This document shows, in pieces, positions 7,195-16,400 of a DNA stretch of 64,000 bases. The stretch is from contig JBIOXD010000021.1 of the NCBI GenBank assembly GCA_044869265.1, positions 2,748-66,747 of the forward strand, given 5' to 3'. Source of the DNA: Gemmatimonadales bacterium (GTDB lineage: Bacteria; Gemmatimonadota; Gemmatimonadetes; Gemmatimonadales; GWC2-71-9). Made by a program: the position numbers and the translations under genes. A model generated the notes under the pieces. It ran no database searches and had not been told where the DNA came from. It was given only the letters and a program-made list of their open reading frames with translations. The stretch's first letter is position 1, and each line of letters starts with the position of its first letter.

Positions 7195-8214
7195 TCACCT
7201 AGTTGTCTCGCCTCGCGCTCCGATTGTGCCCGAGCCTTGCGCTCCGGTCTTGGACGGCACCGTGAGGAGCTTCACTTGCCTCAGCTCCCTGATTCCACAG
7301 CTCAGCAAGAACTGCGCTGCCTCCAGATTCGATTCCACCTCGCGGAGAGCCGTCTGCATGCGATTCGACGCAGCATCGGCGGGCTTTGCCGCGGGAAACG
7401 CCGGCGCGTCGGTCCGCACAACCAGCCTTCGGAAATGGCGTCCTGCCTTAATGTCCTCGTACAACGCGACGGTCTCGGGCATGGGGGCGATAGTGAGGTT
7501 CTGATCTAGGAGGCGCGCGCACGCGTCATACTGCCGAATGGCCGCCGCCCGGTCCCCGGCGGCGTAGAGGTACGACATCAGGCTGCGATGCGCGCTCTCC
7601 AACAGGGGATGCTGATTCAGAAGCCGCTGGGCGTAGCCGACCGCTGCGTCCCAGTCCCCTCGGTCCTCGTGGTAGCGCATGAGCCATTCGAGCACGAAGC
7701 GATAGAGTGCTTTGTAGTGCTCGCGCTCGCGAAAGCACCATTCCTCGTCCATTCCTTCCAGGAGATTCCCGCGATAGATGTCCTCGGCTTCCTTCAATAG
7801 CTGCACCTGGGCAGGCGTCAGGTCCGGACCAGGCGGGTTCTTGGCTGCGCGGAGTCTTCGCTGGAACTCTTCGACATCGAGCCAGTATTTGCTTGCAGCG
7901 TTAAAGCCCAATCCATCGCTGGTCAGAACCAGATAAGTCCCTCGCCGTGTGCCGACGGGCTCCAGTATGCGGTGCAGCCGCCAGAGATTCATGCGCAGAC
8001 ACTTCCGCCCGTGTCTCTCGGGCTGGTCACTCCAGAAGGTGTTTGTCAGACTCTCTCTGCTATGAAGACGATCGCGATGCAACAAGAGAAAGGCGAAGAG
8101 GGCTCTTGAGTCGTACGTCGGAAACTGCTCCAAGACGCCCGTGCCAAAGCGGACTTCCATCGGACCAAACAGTCGGATCGTCAGCACGGCACTCCTCCTC
8201 TTCGCGCTCCTCAA
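7195..8214 (-). CDS. SARP-family transcriptional regulator (OmpR-type winged helix + BTAD)
   Basis: IRLFGPMEVRF...ALFAFLLLHRDRLHSRESL...LRMNLWRLHRIL is the wHTH region. The BTAD helices are EAEDIYRGNLLEG...EREHYKALY...AHRSLMSYLYAAGDRAAAIRQYDACARLL. Confidence 0.8.
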   Translation of the reverse strand: MRSAKRRSAVLTIRLFGPMEVRFGTGVLEQFPTYDSRALFAFLLLHRDRLHSRESLTNTFWSDQPERHGRKCLRMNLWRLHRILEPVGTRRGTYLVLTSDGLGFNAASKYWLDVEEFQRRLRAAKNPPGPDLTPAQVQLLKEAEDIYRGNLLEGMDEEWCFREREHYKALYRFVLEWLMRYHEDRGDWDAAVGYAQRLLNQHPLLESAHRSLMSYLYAAGDRAAAIRQYDACARLLDQNLTIAPMPETVALYEDIKAGRHFRRLVVRTDAPAFPAAKPADAASNRMQTALREVESNLEAAQFLLSCGIRELRQVKLLTVPSKTGAQGSGTIGARGETTR

Positions 8215-8324
8215 GATTTGCCAGCGGATGGGAGCCCTTGGAGCACGCTACATCGGATGCAGCCACTTCCCTCACGGTCTGCGGACTCAGTCTCCTAAAT
8301 TCGGTGGAATGCCGCTGGGTCTGA

Positions 8325-9338
8325 CTACTCCGGAATCGCCAGTGTAGCGCCGATGAAGCCGCAGACCAGGGCGACGAGTACCATCGTGCCAGCGGCTTGG
8401 ATCAAACGCGTTGGTGTTATATGGCCGTCCGCCGGACGCCCGGGTCCGATTCTCCAGGACACCCACCACCCCAACGTTGCATCGGCCAGGCCCACCAAGG
8501 CTCCCGCCACGGCTCCTGCCAGCATCGATTCGGCGTATCCGCCAGCCGCGTACCCCACGGCCCCGTAGATCAAAAACGCCCCTGGTGCCAGGAGCGCATA
8601 CCGAAAGCTCAGTTTCTTGGAAGCAACTGCTCCCAGGGAATCGAACGCTAGCACCGTGAGGGTACCCAAAAGCGCTATGAGCAGGACTGGCCCTATTTCC
8701 GACTTGAAGGGCAGCGCAGGCGAGAGGGGACGCCTCTCAGGCCTAACCAGGAGTTCATACCAGGCTTTCACGAAGCCGCGAATGCCGTACTCAGCACCCG
8801 AGGTCCCGATGATCACCTTGCCGCCAACGACCGGAGCCATCGTCTCGGTGAACCCGAATGCCGGATCGCCGACCTTGGTGACCCACTTCTCGTTCCCGGT
8901 CCGCTGGTCGAGCGCGACGAGCTCACCGCCGAGCGTGGCGACGTAGACATTGCCGCCCGCTATCGCCACGCCGCAGTTGTACGGCCCCCAGCCCGCCGGG
9001 CTCACTGACGCATTCTTGTGCTCGTACTGCCACAGCCGCTTCTGGGTCCGCAGATCGAACGCCCGGACGCAGCTGTTCGGGGTCGCCGCCGACGTGATGT
9101 ACATGATCCCGTTGACCACGATCGGAGTGTTCTCGAAGCTGCCAAGCCGCTTGGCCCCGTGCGTAGAGACCGCGCGCAGGACGGGGTTCTTGACGTTGGA
9201 GGTGTTGATCTGCCTCAGGGGGGAGAATCGATTGTTCCAGTAGCTGTGCGCGCACATGAACCAGGTGCCGCTGCTCGCGGCTAGCAGCAGCATCCCTGCG
9301 GCACCGAAACCCTCATTCTTCCCCCACGCCCTGGTCAA
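8325..9338 (-). CDS. Chimeric ORF: N-terminal ~200 aa of a PQQ-dependent dehydrogenase beta-propeller fused to a ~4-TM C-terminal segment. Probably a rearrangement product.
   Basis: The PQQ-ADH-like part is NRFSPLRQINTSNVKN...ENTPIVVNGIMYITS...VRAFDLRTQKRLWQY...GGNVYVATLGGELVALDQRTGNEKW...APVVGGKVIIGTSGAEYGIRGFVKAW. It then switches abruptly to hydrophobic LLIALLGTLTVLAF...GAFLIYGAVGYAAGGY...TMVLVALVCGFIGATLAI. Intact enzymes are several hundred residues longer. Confidence 0.5.
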   Translation of the reverse strand: MTRAWGKNEGFGAAGMLLLAASSGTWFMCAHSYWNNRFSPLRQINTSNVKNPVLRAVSTHGAKRLGSFENTPIVVNGIMYITSAATPNSCVRAFDLRTQKRLWQYEHKNASVSPAGWGPYNCGVAIAGGNVYVATLGGELVALDQRTGNEKWVTKVGDPAFGFTETMAPVVGGKVIIGTSGAEYGIRGFVKAWYELLVRPERRPLSPALPFKSEIGPVLLIALLGTLTVLAFDSLGAVASKKLSFRYALLAPGAFLIYGAVGYAAGGYAESMLAGAVAGALVGLADATLGWWVSWRIGPGRPADGHITPTRLIQAAGTMVLVALVCGFIGATLAIPE

Positions 9339-9470
9339 GCAACGGAACCTCGTTCACGGACTACCAAGGACGAGTCGTGAGGAGCCTACCGCCATCGCCT
9401 GGCTCGTCCCGGTGAACATCCGCGTGTCCACCGTGATTAGGAACAACTGGCTCCCAGACTCACCGCCGCC

Positions 9471-9845
9471 CTACATGAAGCGTACGGGCTCGGTCGCCTC
9501 CCCCACCTCGAGACGACCGTCGTCGTCGATCCGCACGAGCAGCGCACGATCATCGCGTGCGTTCATCACGTGCTCGGCGTGCAGTCGCCGACCGGGGAGC
9601 TCTACCACGACCGTCGCCCGCCCCTGCACCTCGGCGCTCGCCGACGCCGCCAGCCCAACCGACCAATTGGTGCGGACATCGGGGAGTTCGAGCACCTGCA
9701 CGCCGTTCACCGTCACACGCACCGACTCCCCGGCGAAGCCCTCCGTCAGGTAGATGCGCATCGTCGCCAGCTCGAGTGGGGCGCGACGACCCACTGGCCG
9801 CCGCACCCCTGACCTAGTCCCGTCACTCGCACGCATTGCGCGCAC
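9471..9845 (-). CDS. Small unknown protein (96-124 aa depending on start)
   Basis: ORF lies 7 nt downstream of the metzincin stop. Candidate starts are GTG 9845, ATG 9836 and ATG 9761 (MRIYLTEGFAGESVRVTVNG...). Beta-strand-like sequence with no recognised motif. Confidence 0.45.
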   Translation of the reverse strand: MRAMRASDGTRSGVRRPVGRRAPLELATMRIYLTEGFAGESVRVTVNGVQVLELPDVRTNWSVGLAASASAEVQGRATVVVELPGRRLHAEHVMNARDDRALLVRIDDDGRLEVGEATEPVRFM

Positions 9846-9852
9846 CGCCCGC

Positions 9853-12021
9853 TCACGTGAGCGCCGCGGCGCCCTGCGCCCTGACGGTGGCCATCACGTC
9901 CACCCGGAGCTCCTTGCCTTCGAACAATGACACCATCTGAGCCACGGTCTCCGCGGCGGCCTTCTCGTCCCCAGCCTCCTTCTGGGTCCTGGCCAGCCGA
10001 CAGTACACTTGCGCGAGGGAGATGTTGTCGAGCCCCTCGCCACGCGCGGACGCGGAGATGACCGCGCCCAGGTGCGTCTCGGCGTCGCGCTTTCGCGCCT
10101 TGCGGACTGTGAGTTTGCCGTCGGCCGCGAGGTTCCCAAAGGGGCGCGCCGCGTTGAACCCCAGCGCCAGCCGCGCATACATCGTGAGGGGGTGCGTGGG
10201 AAACTTATCGATCGCCTGTTGCAGCTTGTCGTTGCCGGCCGCGAGGTATGTGCTGTCGGAACCCAGCAAATAGAACAGCGTGCCCTGCTCGTCGCCCATC
10301 AGCAGATCGGCGACATCCTCGTCGCCCTCCGTCCGCGGCGGCCGGACCCGGATCTCTAGCGTGTTCGACACCAGGATTGAGCCGTCCTGGGCGGCGTAGG
10401 CTGCGCGCAGCTGATAGGTGCCCGGTGCGTCGAAGGTGAGCCCCTGCTTACCGTACCCGATGTAGGCGCTGTCGTAGATCGCCGGCTTCGAGGCATCGAG
10501 CCGGGCGGTCTCAGGGAGCATGCACGTATCCATCACCGGGTCGTGGATCACCACTAACCCGCCTGGCTTCCGGATGGCCAGGCGCACGCCGCCCGCGTCG
10601 GGATGCAGGTGGCGCTGGACTTCGCGCCGCTTCGCCCCCTCTAGCGAGAGCTTGAACTCCACGACGACAGGCTCGCCCATCCGGTACGACGGCGCCGAGC
10701 GGAGCTCGAATCGGAGCCCACTGGCGTCCTCGTCCGGGTTGGCGAAGTCATCGCGTTCGAGTGCGGCCCCCGTGCCGAAGGGATTGCCGCCCGGGATCAC
10801 GTTGTCACGGAAGCCGTGGCGGAGGTGAATCGTCTCAAGGTCGTCAAACTGGAAGGGGAAGCCTGCCCAGAACGCCGCCTCTCCCGTCGGGAATCGCCAC
10901 GGGTAGTTCATCCACGAGAAGGACATGAGCCGATTGGGCATCGGTGGCGTCATATACTGCTTGTGGAAGGAATGGAACAGGTTGAAACAGTGCCCCAGCT
11001 CGTGCACGCACGTGAAGAGCTGGTTGCGCAGGGCCTGCGCCGTTATGCCACCGAGCCCCTGGTAGAAGACCGCGCAACCTTGCCGCTGGCACCCCTGCTG
11101 GTCGAACATGATGCCAAGGAGCGTCGGCGCCATTTCGTGCAGTCGGGCGTGGAGGAGCCAAACCTTCCACTGGGGCACGTCGCGCCAGAGGCTGAAGTGG
11201 TTCAGCATGGCGTTGTGCAGCTCAGCGTTGCTCCAGGATGCTCCGGGGGGCGCCGGGACGATGTTCGGCGCACCAGCCGCGCGCATATCCACCCCCGCCT
11301 CGTGGTACGCGGCGAGCACTGAAAGGGTACGCGCCGGGCCGCCAGACGGCAGCGAGCCCGTGTTATAGGAGGTGAATGGGGTGACGCCAGCCTCACAGTC
11401 TTGCTCCAGATCCATGCTGCGGAAGAAGGGGGAGACAAAGGGGCAGGTGTAGGTGGCGCCCGGTTGTCCCGCCGCGTTAAACCAGCGCACCGTCGCGGGC
11501 GGCGGCGACGAGAAGACCGATGCGCGCGGGATCGTGACGCGGACCACGTTGAATGTCGTGCTCCAGGTGGTCTTGGCCGTGCCGGCGATCGTCACAAGCG
11601 TCGGCGTGACCGTAATCGCGATTGCGTTGACAACCCAGGAGCCGAAGTAAGTGACGGTGGCGCCCTGGACCCGCAGGTAGTCGCCGCTGAGCCGCCGCAT
11701 GGGCCGCGCGCCGTCCACATCTACGCGGACCTCGGCCCGCCAAGAGCCGGCCATTCCAGCGTAGCGCCCGTGGACGGCGCGGCGCACGATTGGAACCGGA
11801 ATGGGCGGGGCCGGGATCGGCAGGGGCGGGAGCGCCGCGATGAACTCCTCGACTATCTCGGACGCCGTGGGTTCGACGCCTGGGAGGAAGGTCACTTCTT
11901 CTGTGCCAGGAGGCGGTTCCGCCACGTGCAGGGACTGCGCCACCTCCTCGATGCCGTGTTCGACGAGGGTGCTGGGCCCGCCGCCGGCGACGGGTGGCGC
12001 GGAGGGGTCGGGATTGGCCAT
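9853..12021 (-). CDS. Large metzincin-type zinc metalloprotease-like protein (M43/pappalysin-like motif) with no evident signal peptide
   Basis: CVHELGHCFNLFHSF fits HExxHxxxxxH plus the (S/T)F typical of M43-like metzincins. Start reassigned to ATG 12021 (AAGGAGG 5 nt upstream). The N-terminus MANPDPSAPPVAGGGPS is Pro-rich and non-hydrophobic. Confidence 0.65.
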   Translation of the reverse strand: MANPDPSAPPVAGGGPSTLVEHGIEEVAQSLHVAEPPPGTEEVTFLPGVEPTASEIVEEFIAALPPLPIPAPPIPVPIVRRAVHGRYAGMAGSWRAEVRVDVDGARPMRRLSGDYLRVQGATVTYFGSWVVNAIAITVTPTLVTIAGTAKTTWSTTFNVVRVTIPRASVFSSPPPATVRWFNAAGQPGATYTCPFVSPFFRSMDLEQDCEAGVTPFTSYNTGSLPSGGPARTLSVLAAYHEAGVDMRAAGAPNIVPAPPGASWSNAELHNAMLNHFSLWRDVPQWKVWLLHARLHEMAPTLLGIMFDQQGCQRQGCAVFYQGLGGITAQALRNQLFTCVHELGHCFNLFHSFHKQYMTPPMPNRLMSFSWMNYPWRFPTGEAAFWAGFPFQFDDLETIHLRHGFRDNVIPGGNPFGTGAALERDDFANPDEDASGLRFELRSAPSYRMGEPVVVEFKLSLEGAKRREVQRHLHPDAGGVRLAIRKPGGLVVIHDPVMDTCMLPETARLDASKPAIYDSAYIGYGKQGLTFDAPGTYQLRAAYAAQDGSILVSNTLEIRVRPPRTEGDEDVADLLMGDEQGTLFYLLGSDSTYLAAGNDKLQQAIDKFPTHPLTMYARLALGFNAARPFGNLAADGKLTVRKARKRDAETHLGAVISASARGEGLDNISLAQVYCRLARTQKEAGDEKAAAETVAQMVSLFEGKELRVDVMATVRAQGAAALT

Positions 12022-12153
12022 GGGGCCTCCTTCGCTCGAACGCCAAAGGACCCGACATAGGTCCCCGAGTGCTCCCTCATTGGAGCCCACGTGGGTCGGG
12101 CGCGGGGCGTGAGCGAGAGGCAAAACGTACACGCCTATCAACGCGCCGCGCGG

Positions 12154-12558
12154 CTAATTTCGCGATTCCTGCGTCGGTATTCGTGATAGCAGGCGCACCG
12201 AGGCCCTGTAGGTCATAGGTGTCACCCCGACGAAGCGCTTGAACGCCCGCTCAAACGTCCGCACGTCCCGGAAGCCAGACGCATATGCTAGGCGGGGTAT
12301 CGACACGTCGCGCACCTTCATCAGCTCCTTGGCTCGGTTGACGCGGAGGAGACGAAGCCACTCGGTGAACGAGATCCCCACCTTCGAGCGGAAATAGGCG
12401 GAGAAGTACTTCCGCTCGAGACCGGCTACCTGGGATACTTCAGTGAGGGTTATGCGACTGGTGAGGTGCGCTCGTACATGCTCGGCCACTGCACACAAGC
12501 GCGGGTAGTACGCGAACGCCGCGCTATTCAGGCGCGACTTGGGCTCGGGACGACCCAA
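12154..12558 (-). CDS. AraC/XylS-family transcriptional regulator (HTH domain only, 134 aa)
   Basis: ITLTEVSQVAGLERKYFSAYFRSKVGISFTEWLRLLRVNRAKELM...IPRLAYASGFRDVRTFERAFKRFVGVTPMTYR is the double HTH of AraC type. Confidence 0.8.
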   Translation of the reverse strand: MGRPEPKSRLNSAAFAYYPRLCAVAEHVRAHLTSRITLTEVSQVAGLERKYFSAYFRSKVGISFTEWLRLLRVNRAKELMKVRDVSIPRLAYASGFRDVRTFERAFKRFVGVTPMTYRASVRLLSRIPTQESRN

Positions 12559-12658
12559 CCCGTACTTCCCATGGCCCTTCCGGCGGTGAGACCAACTTAC
12601 AATTTATCACTCGCCACACCTGGATATTAGGCTGTTTTTGCGGCACTGACGGGCGCAA

Positions 12659-12913
12659 ATGCGGTACGGAGGGTCTGTTGATGGTCTGCTCCCCGTCTTT
12701 CGGACCACGGGGGAGGGTCACAATGCGGATCCGAGATGCCACCCCACGAACGCGGAGCCGGCACATTCGAGCTCGCCTCGCGCGGGAGCGACGATCAAGC
12801 GCGTGAGACCCGATAATCGCCTCGATGGGGTGGTCGACGTGCAGTTCTCCCCCCGGCGCGTCTTCGCCACGTTCACCGCGGCGTGGGTTCAGCTCGAGCT
12901 ACTTTGCGGCTAA
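12659..12913 (+). pseudogene. Possible relic or paralogue of the 3' end of the gene seen at 3..275
   Basis: Only the C-terminal ~30 aa (RLDGVVDVQFSPRRVFATFTAAWVQLELLCG*) resemble ...RIDGGSDLRFSSRRVLGTFSANWVQLELLCG*. The upstream part looks non-coding. Confidence 0.3.
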
Positions 12914-12930
12914 GCTTCAGTACCAACTGA
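12859..12930 (+). repeat. Copy C of the dispersed repeat (more diverged)
   Basis: 36/45 identical to copy A. Similarity to copy A continues ~20 nt past the stop codon (TAAGC.TC.GTA.CAACT). Confidence 0.7.
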
Positions 12931-12943
12931 CGGCGGGGACCAT

Positions 12944-13315
12944 TTGCAAAGGTTGGCGCGCGTTGCGCTGATGGTGGGCGCGATCGGCTCGCTCGCGTTG
13001 ATGTTCATTCACGGCCGACCGTCCGTGTTCCTGCTGATCCTCTTCACCGGCTGGGTGCTCGCGCCGTTCATCGGACTGGCGTGGGCAGACAGACTCGCCA
13101 CCGGGTGGCCGGCCTCATCCCGCGCGACGCTCTACTACCTCATGTTGCTGGTATCCGTCGCGTCCCTCGCCGCTTACGGGTATGATGTTGCGAGCGGGTA
13201 CGGACGGGCGGTCTGGTTAGTGGCCACTCCGATGGGCGCCTGGGTTTTGATCTTGATTGTCCTACCGATAGCCGTCCTCGCTGGGCGGCGTGCGGAGCGC
13301 TCGAACCTCCGCTAA
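12944..13315 (+). CDS. Small 4-TM membrane protein of unknown function
   Basis: 123 aa with a TTG start (alternative ATG at 12974). Hydrophobic segments throughout. The truncated paralogue lies at 3300..3410. Confidence 0.6.
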   Translation: MQRLARVALMVGAIGSLALMFIHGRPSVFLLILFTGWVLAPFIGLAWADRLATGWPASSRATLYYLMLLVSVASLAAYGYDVASGYGRAVWLVATPMGAWVLILIVLPIAVLAGRRAERSNLR

Positions 13316-13318
13316 AGA

Positions 13319-13397
13319 CTTGTTGACGGGGCCTGTTTCGGAGGCCATCCGAGGTACCCCAAGGTCATACGGCTCAAAGTGTTGACGCCTTGTTGAT
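13319..13397 (+). promoter_or_regulatory. Three TTGTTGA-like boxes upstream of the SARP-ATPase gene, two of them 11 bp apart
   Basis: CTTGTTGAC at 13319, GTGTTGAC at 13379 and CTTGTTGAT at 13389. GTTGAC and GTTGAT start at 13381 and 13392. I could not place a convincing -10 box. Confidence 0.25.
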
Positions 13398-13444
13398 TCG
13401 CATGCCTTATCTCTAGAGCGAATCATTTAAACGCGTGCTGGTGC

Positions 13445-16400
13445 GTGATCCACCATTTCTCGCTGCACTGTCTCGGTGGTCCCGCCCTGTTCACCGCTGC
13501 CGGCGAACAGGTTCGTTTTCGTACGCGCAAGCATTTCGCCCTTCTGATTCGGCTCGCGCTCGACGCCGGCAAGCACTTCACCCGCGACTACCTCGCTGAT
13601 CTTCTGTGGCCTGACGTGGCGCCCAAATTTGCCAACCATTCGCTCGCGCAGGGCTTGTCGGTCATCAAGGCCAAGATCGCGCGAGAGGCCGTCGTGATTG
13701 AACGCGCGAGGGTTGGACTTGCCGCGGGGTGGATCGATGTGGATGCGCTGCACTTGAGTGATGGGGCCGTGAGGATTGACGGTCCATTCCTGGACAGCTT
13801 CGACATCCCCACTGCGCGGCCGTTTGAGGAATGGAAGGATGAGCACCGTGCGCGGCTGGTTCCGCAGATGCGCGATTGTCTGGTACGACTGATGGACGCC
13901 GCTCGTCGTATCGGCGATTTCGCGACCGTCGAACGGCACGCCACGAAGCTGCAGGAGCTCGATCCACTCTCGGAGGAAGGGATCCGGGGCGTGATGGAGG
14001 CGCGCGCGTGGGCGAGCGATCGCAGCAGCGCGCTGAAGGCGTTCGCGCGCTATGAGACCCGGCTGGCGGAGGAGCTGGGAGCCAAGCCTGGGGCTGACCT
14101 CGTCCGGATGGCTGACCTGTTGCGCGACGGTCGTCGCGGGCCCCGGCCGGCAGTGGCCGGATACCCTCCGCCGCGCGTCGATCGCCGGTTCGAGCCGGAG
14201 ACACTGATCGGGCGGGAGCGCGAGTTCAGTGTGCTGTACGATGCGTGGCTCGCGGCCAGGCGGAAGAATCCAAGGATCGTCGTCGTGACGAGCGATCCGG
14301 GCGTTGGCAAGACGACGCTGGTGAATGCGTTTGCTTCGACGTGTCAGATGGATGGTGCAGTCGTTGCCCGCGCGCAGGCCTACGATGCCGAGCGCGAGCT
14401 ACCGTTTGCGGTGCTTGGAGAGTTGGTGAAGCAGTTGGCGATTCAGCGGGCGATTGGGAGTGCAGATCCGGAAGCATTGAGTGAGTTGACCCGGATTAGC
14501 GGGGAAATTCTGAGGCAATTCCCAGGCGTTCCGAAGCCCGTTGAATGGTCTCCTGAGCTGATGCCGTTACGCCTAGCCGATGCATTCCTCAAAACGCTTC
14601 TGGCGGCCGCTATTGATAGCCCAGTGATGCTAGTAATCGATGACATTCATGCCGCTGATAATGCGAGTACCGCCATACTGCACGCAGTGGCGCGAAAGCT
14701 CGTCGACGCACGAGTACTCGTCATCTTGGCTGGTCGCATCGGCGAACTGCGGCTCACGTCCGCACCCGAGGCTCTAACGTCAGACGAGTCACTCTCTGGC
14801 CTATTTTGTCTTGAACTTGATGTGCTGTCCAATGAGTCATCAGAGTTACTTGTGAAAGGGCTAGCAATTGAATCGGGAAAGATAGACCCTCCCCTTGACC
14901 GAGTACTGCGCGCCAGTGCAGGCAATCCGCTTGCATTGGAGTTGCTCACTAGGGAGTGGATAAGTCGTGGGTCAACCTCTTTGCTCAGAGATCTCGAAGC
15001 GCTGAACACACAGCCAGCGGTGACCCTTGGCATTCCGCGCGCGATTGGAAGAATCTTTGAAAGACAGTGTCGTCGGCTCGACGGGAAGACTCGAACGGTG
15101 CTCGATACCGCGGCGATATTGGGGAGGCGGCTGAGTGATTGTGGCTTGTATGCGGCTAGCGGTATAACCCCGGGTTACGCCGCAGAGGCGTTATCGCGTT
15201 TAGTGGACGACGGAATCCTACGCGAGGTGCGTGGCGACTTGGAGTTTCGCAATGAGTTGATCCGCGCCCAAGCATACTACTCCGTAGCCGGTCCCGTGCG
15301 CCGGGACCTTCATGGACGAGTTGCGGATCTCTTATCGCAACGGGGGAAGGAGACCCCCCCGAACCTCGAGATTGGCTGGCATTACATCCGGGCCGGGCTG
15401 CCACAATCTGCAGCCGCCTTTGCCCTTGACGGTGCCCAAGAGGCTCTTGCAAACGGCGCCCCGGCCGAGGCTCAGCAGATCCTGGAGACACTTCTCTCGT
15501 TCGAGCACGCTGAGGATGTCAGTAAAAGAATGCAGCTGCTCCTGGCAAAGGCCCTTCTAGAAAGATCTGAAGCGGCGAAAGCCATGCCGCTTCTGGAGAC
15601 TCTATCACAGCGCGCATCTCTAAGTCCCCGCGAACTCGCCGAGACGACGAGACTTTTTAGCAACGCAGAATTCTTGTTGGCGAAGTCACCCAAGAATCTT
15701 AGAGTAGCGGCAGCCAAGAGGGCCGTGGAGGCAGCAGAGAATACAGGCGAAACGGAGCTGGTACTTAAGGCGCTGTTGGAGTTTGCCCGAACCTGCAAGA
15801 ATCTCGGCGATGACATAGGAATGCGTCAAGTCCGTCATCGGACCGCTGAGATCATCGATTCCGGTGAGCACACGGCGTCCGCGTATCTGACGATCGCGTA
15901 CTGCGACTATTACACCTACGAAACCCATTCCGCGCTTGATGCATTGGAGAAAGCTGCACGCTTAAACGAAAAGGATCTTGCTCAGCTATCGTTCGCCTAC
16001 GGCGGCATGGGTGTTTGCCACCACCTGCTCTGTGATTTTCCCAACGCGCTCACTCATCTTCACAAGAGCTTGGAACTTGCGGAGCGAATTGGGGACGATT
16101 CAAGGGTGTCTCGAATCCTTTCCAACCTGACGACTACAAGTACCACGCTTGGTCGCTACGAAGAAGCAATCAAACTTGGGCGCCGAAGTGTCGAATTAGG
16201 GAAGCGAAGCATAAGCCAACCGGAGCTCCTTACCGCATATACCAACCTTGGCGATGCTTACTTCTTGATTGGTGATCGCGAGCGGGCAGCAGAATGTTTG
16301 GAGGACGCCAAGGAATGGATCGCAACCCACGACGATTGGCACATGACAGTAGTGTTTCTTTTTGAGAATGCCGTCCGAACACTGGCCACTGGAAACGTCG

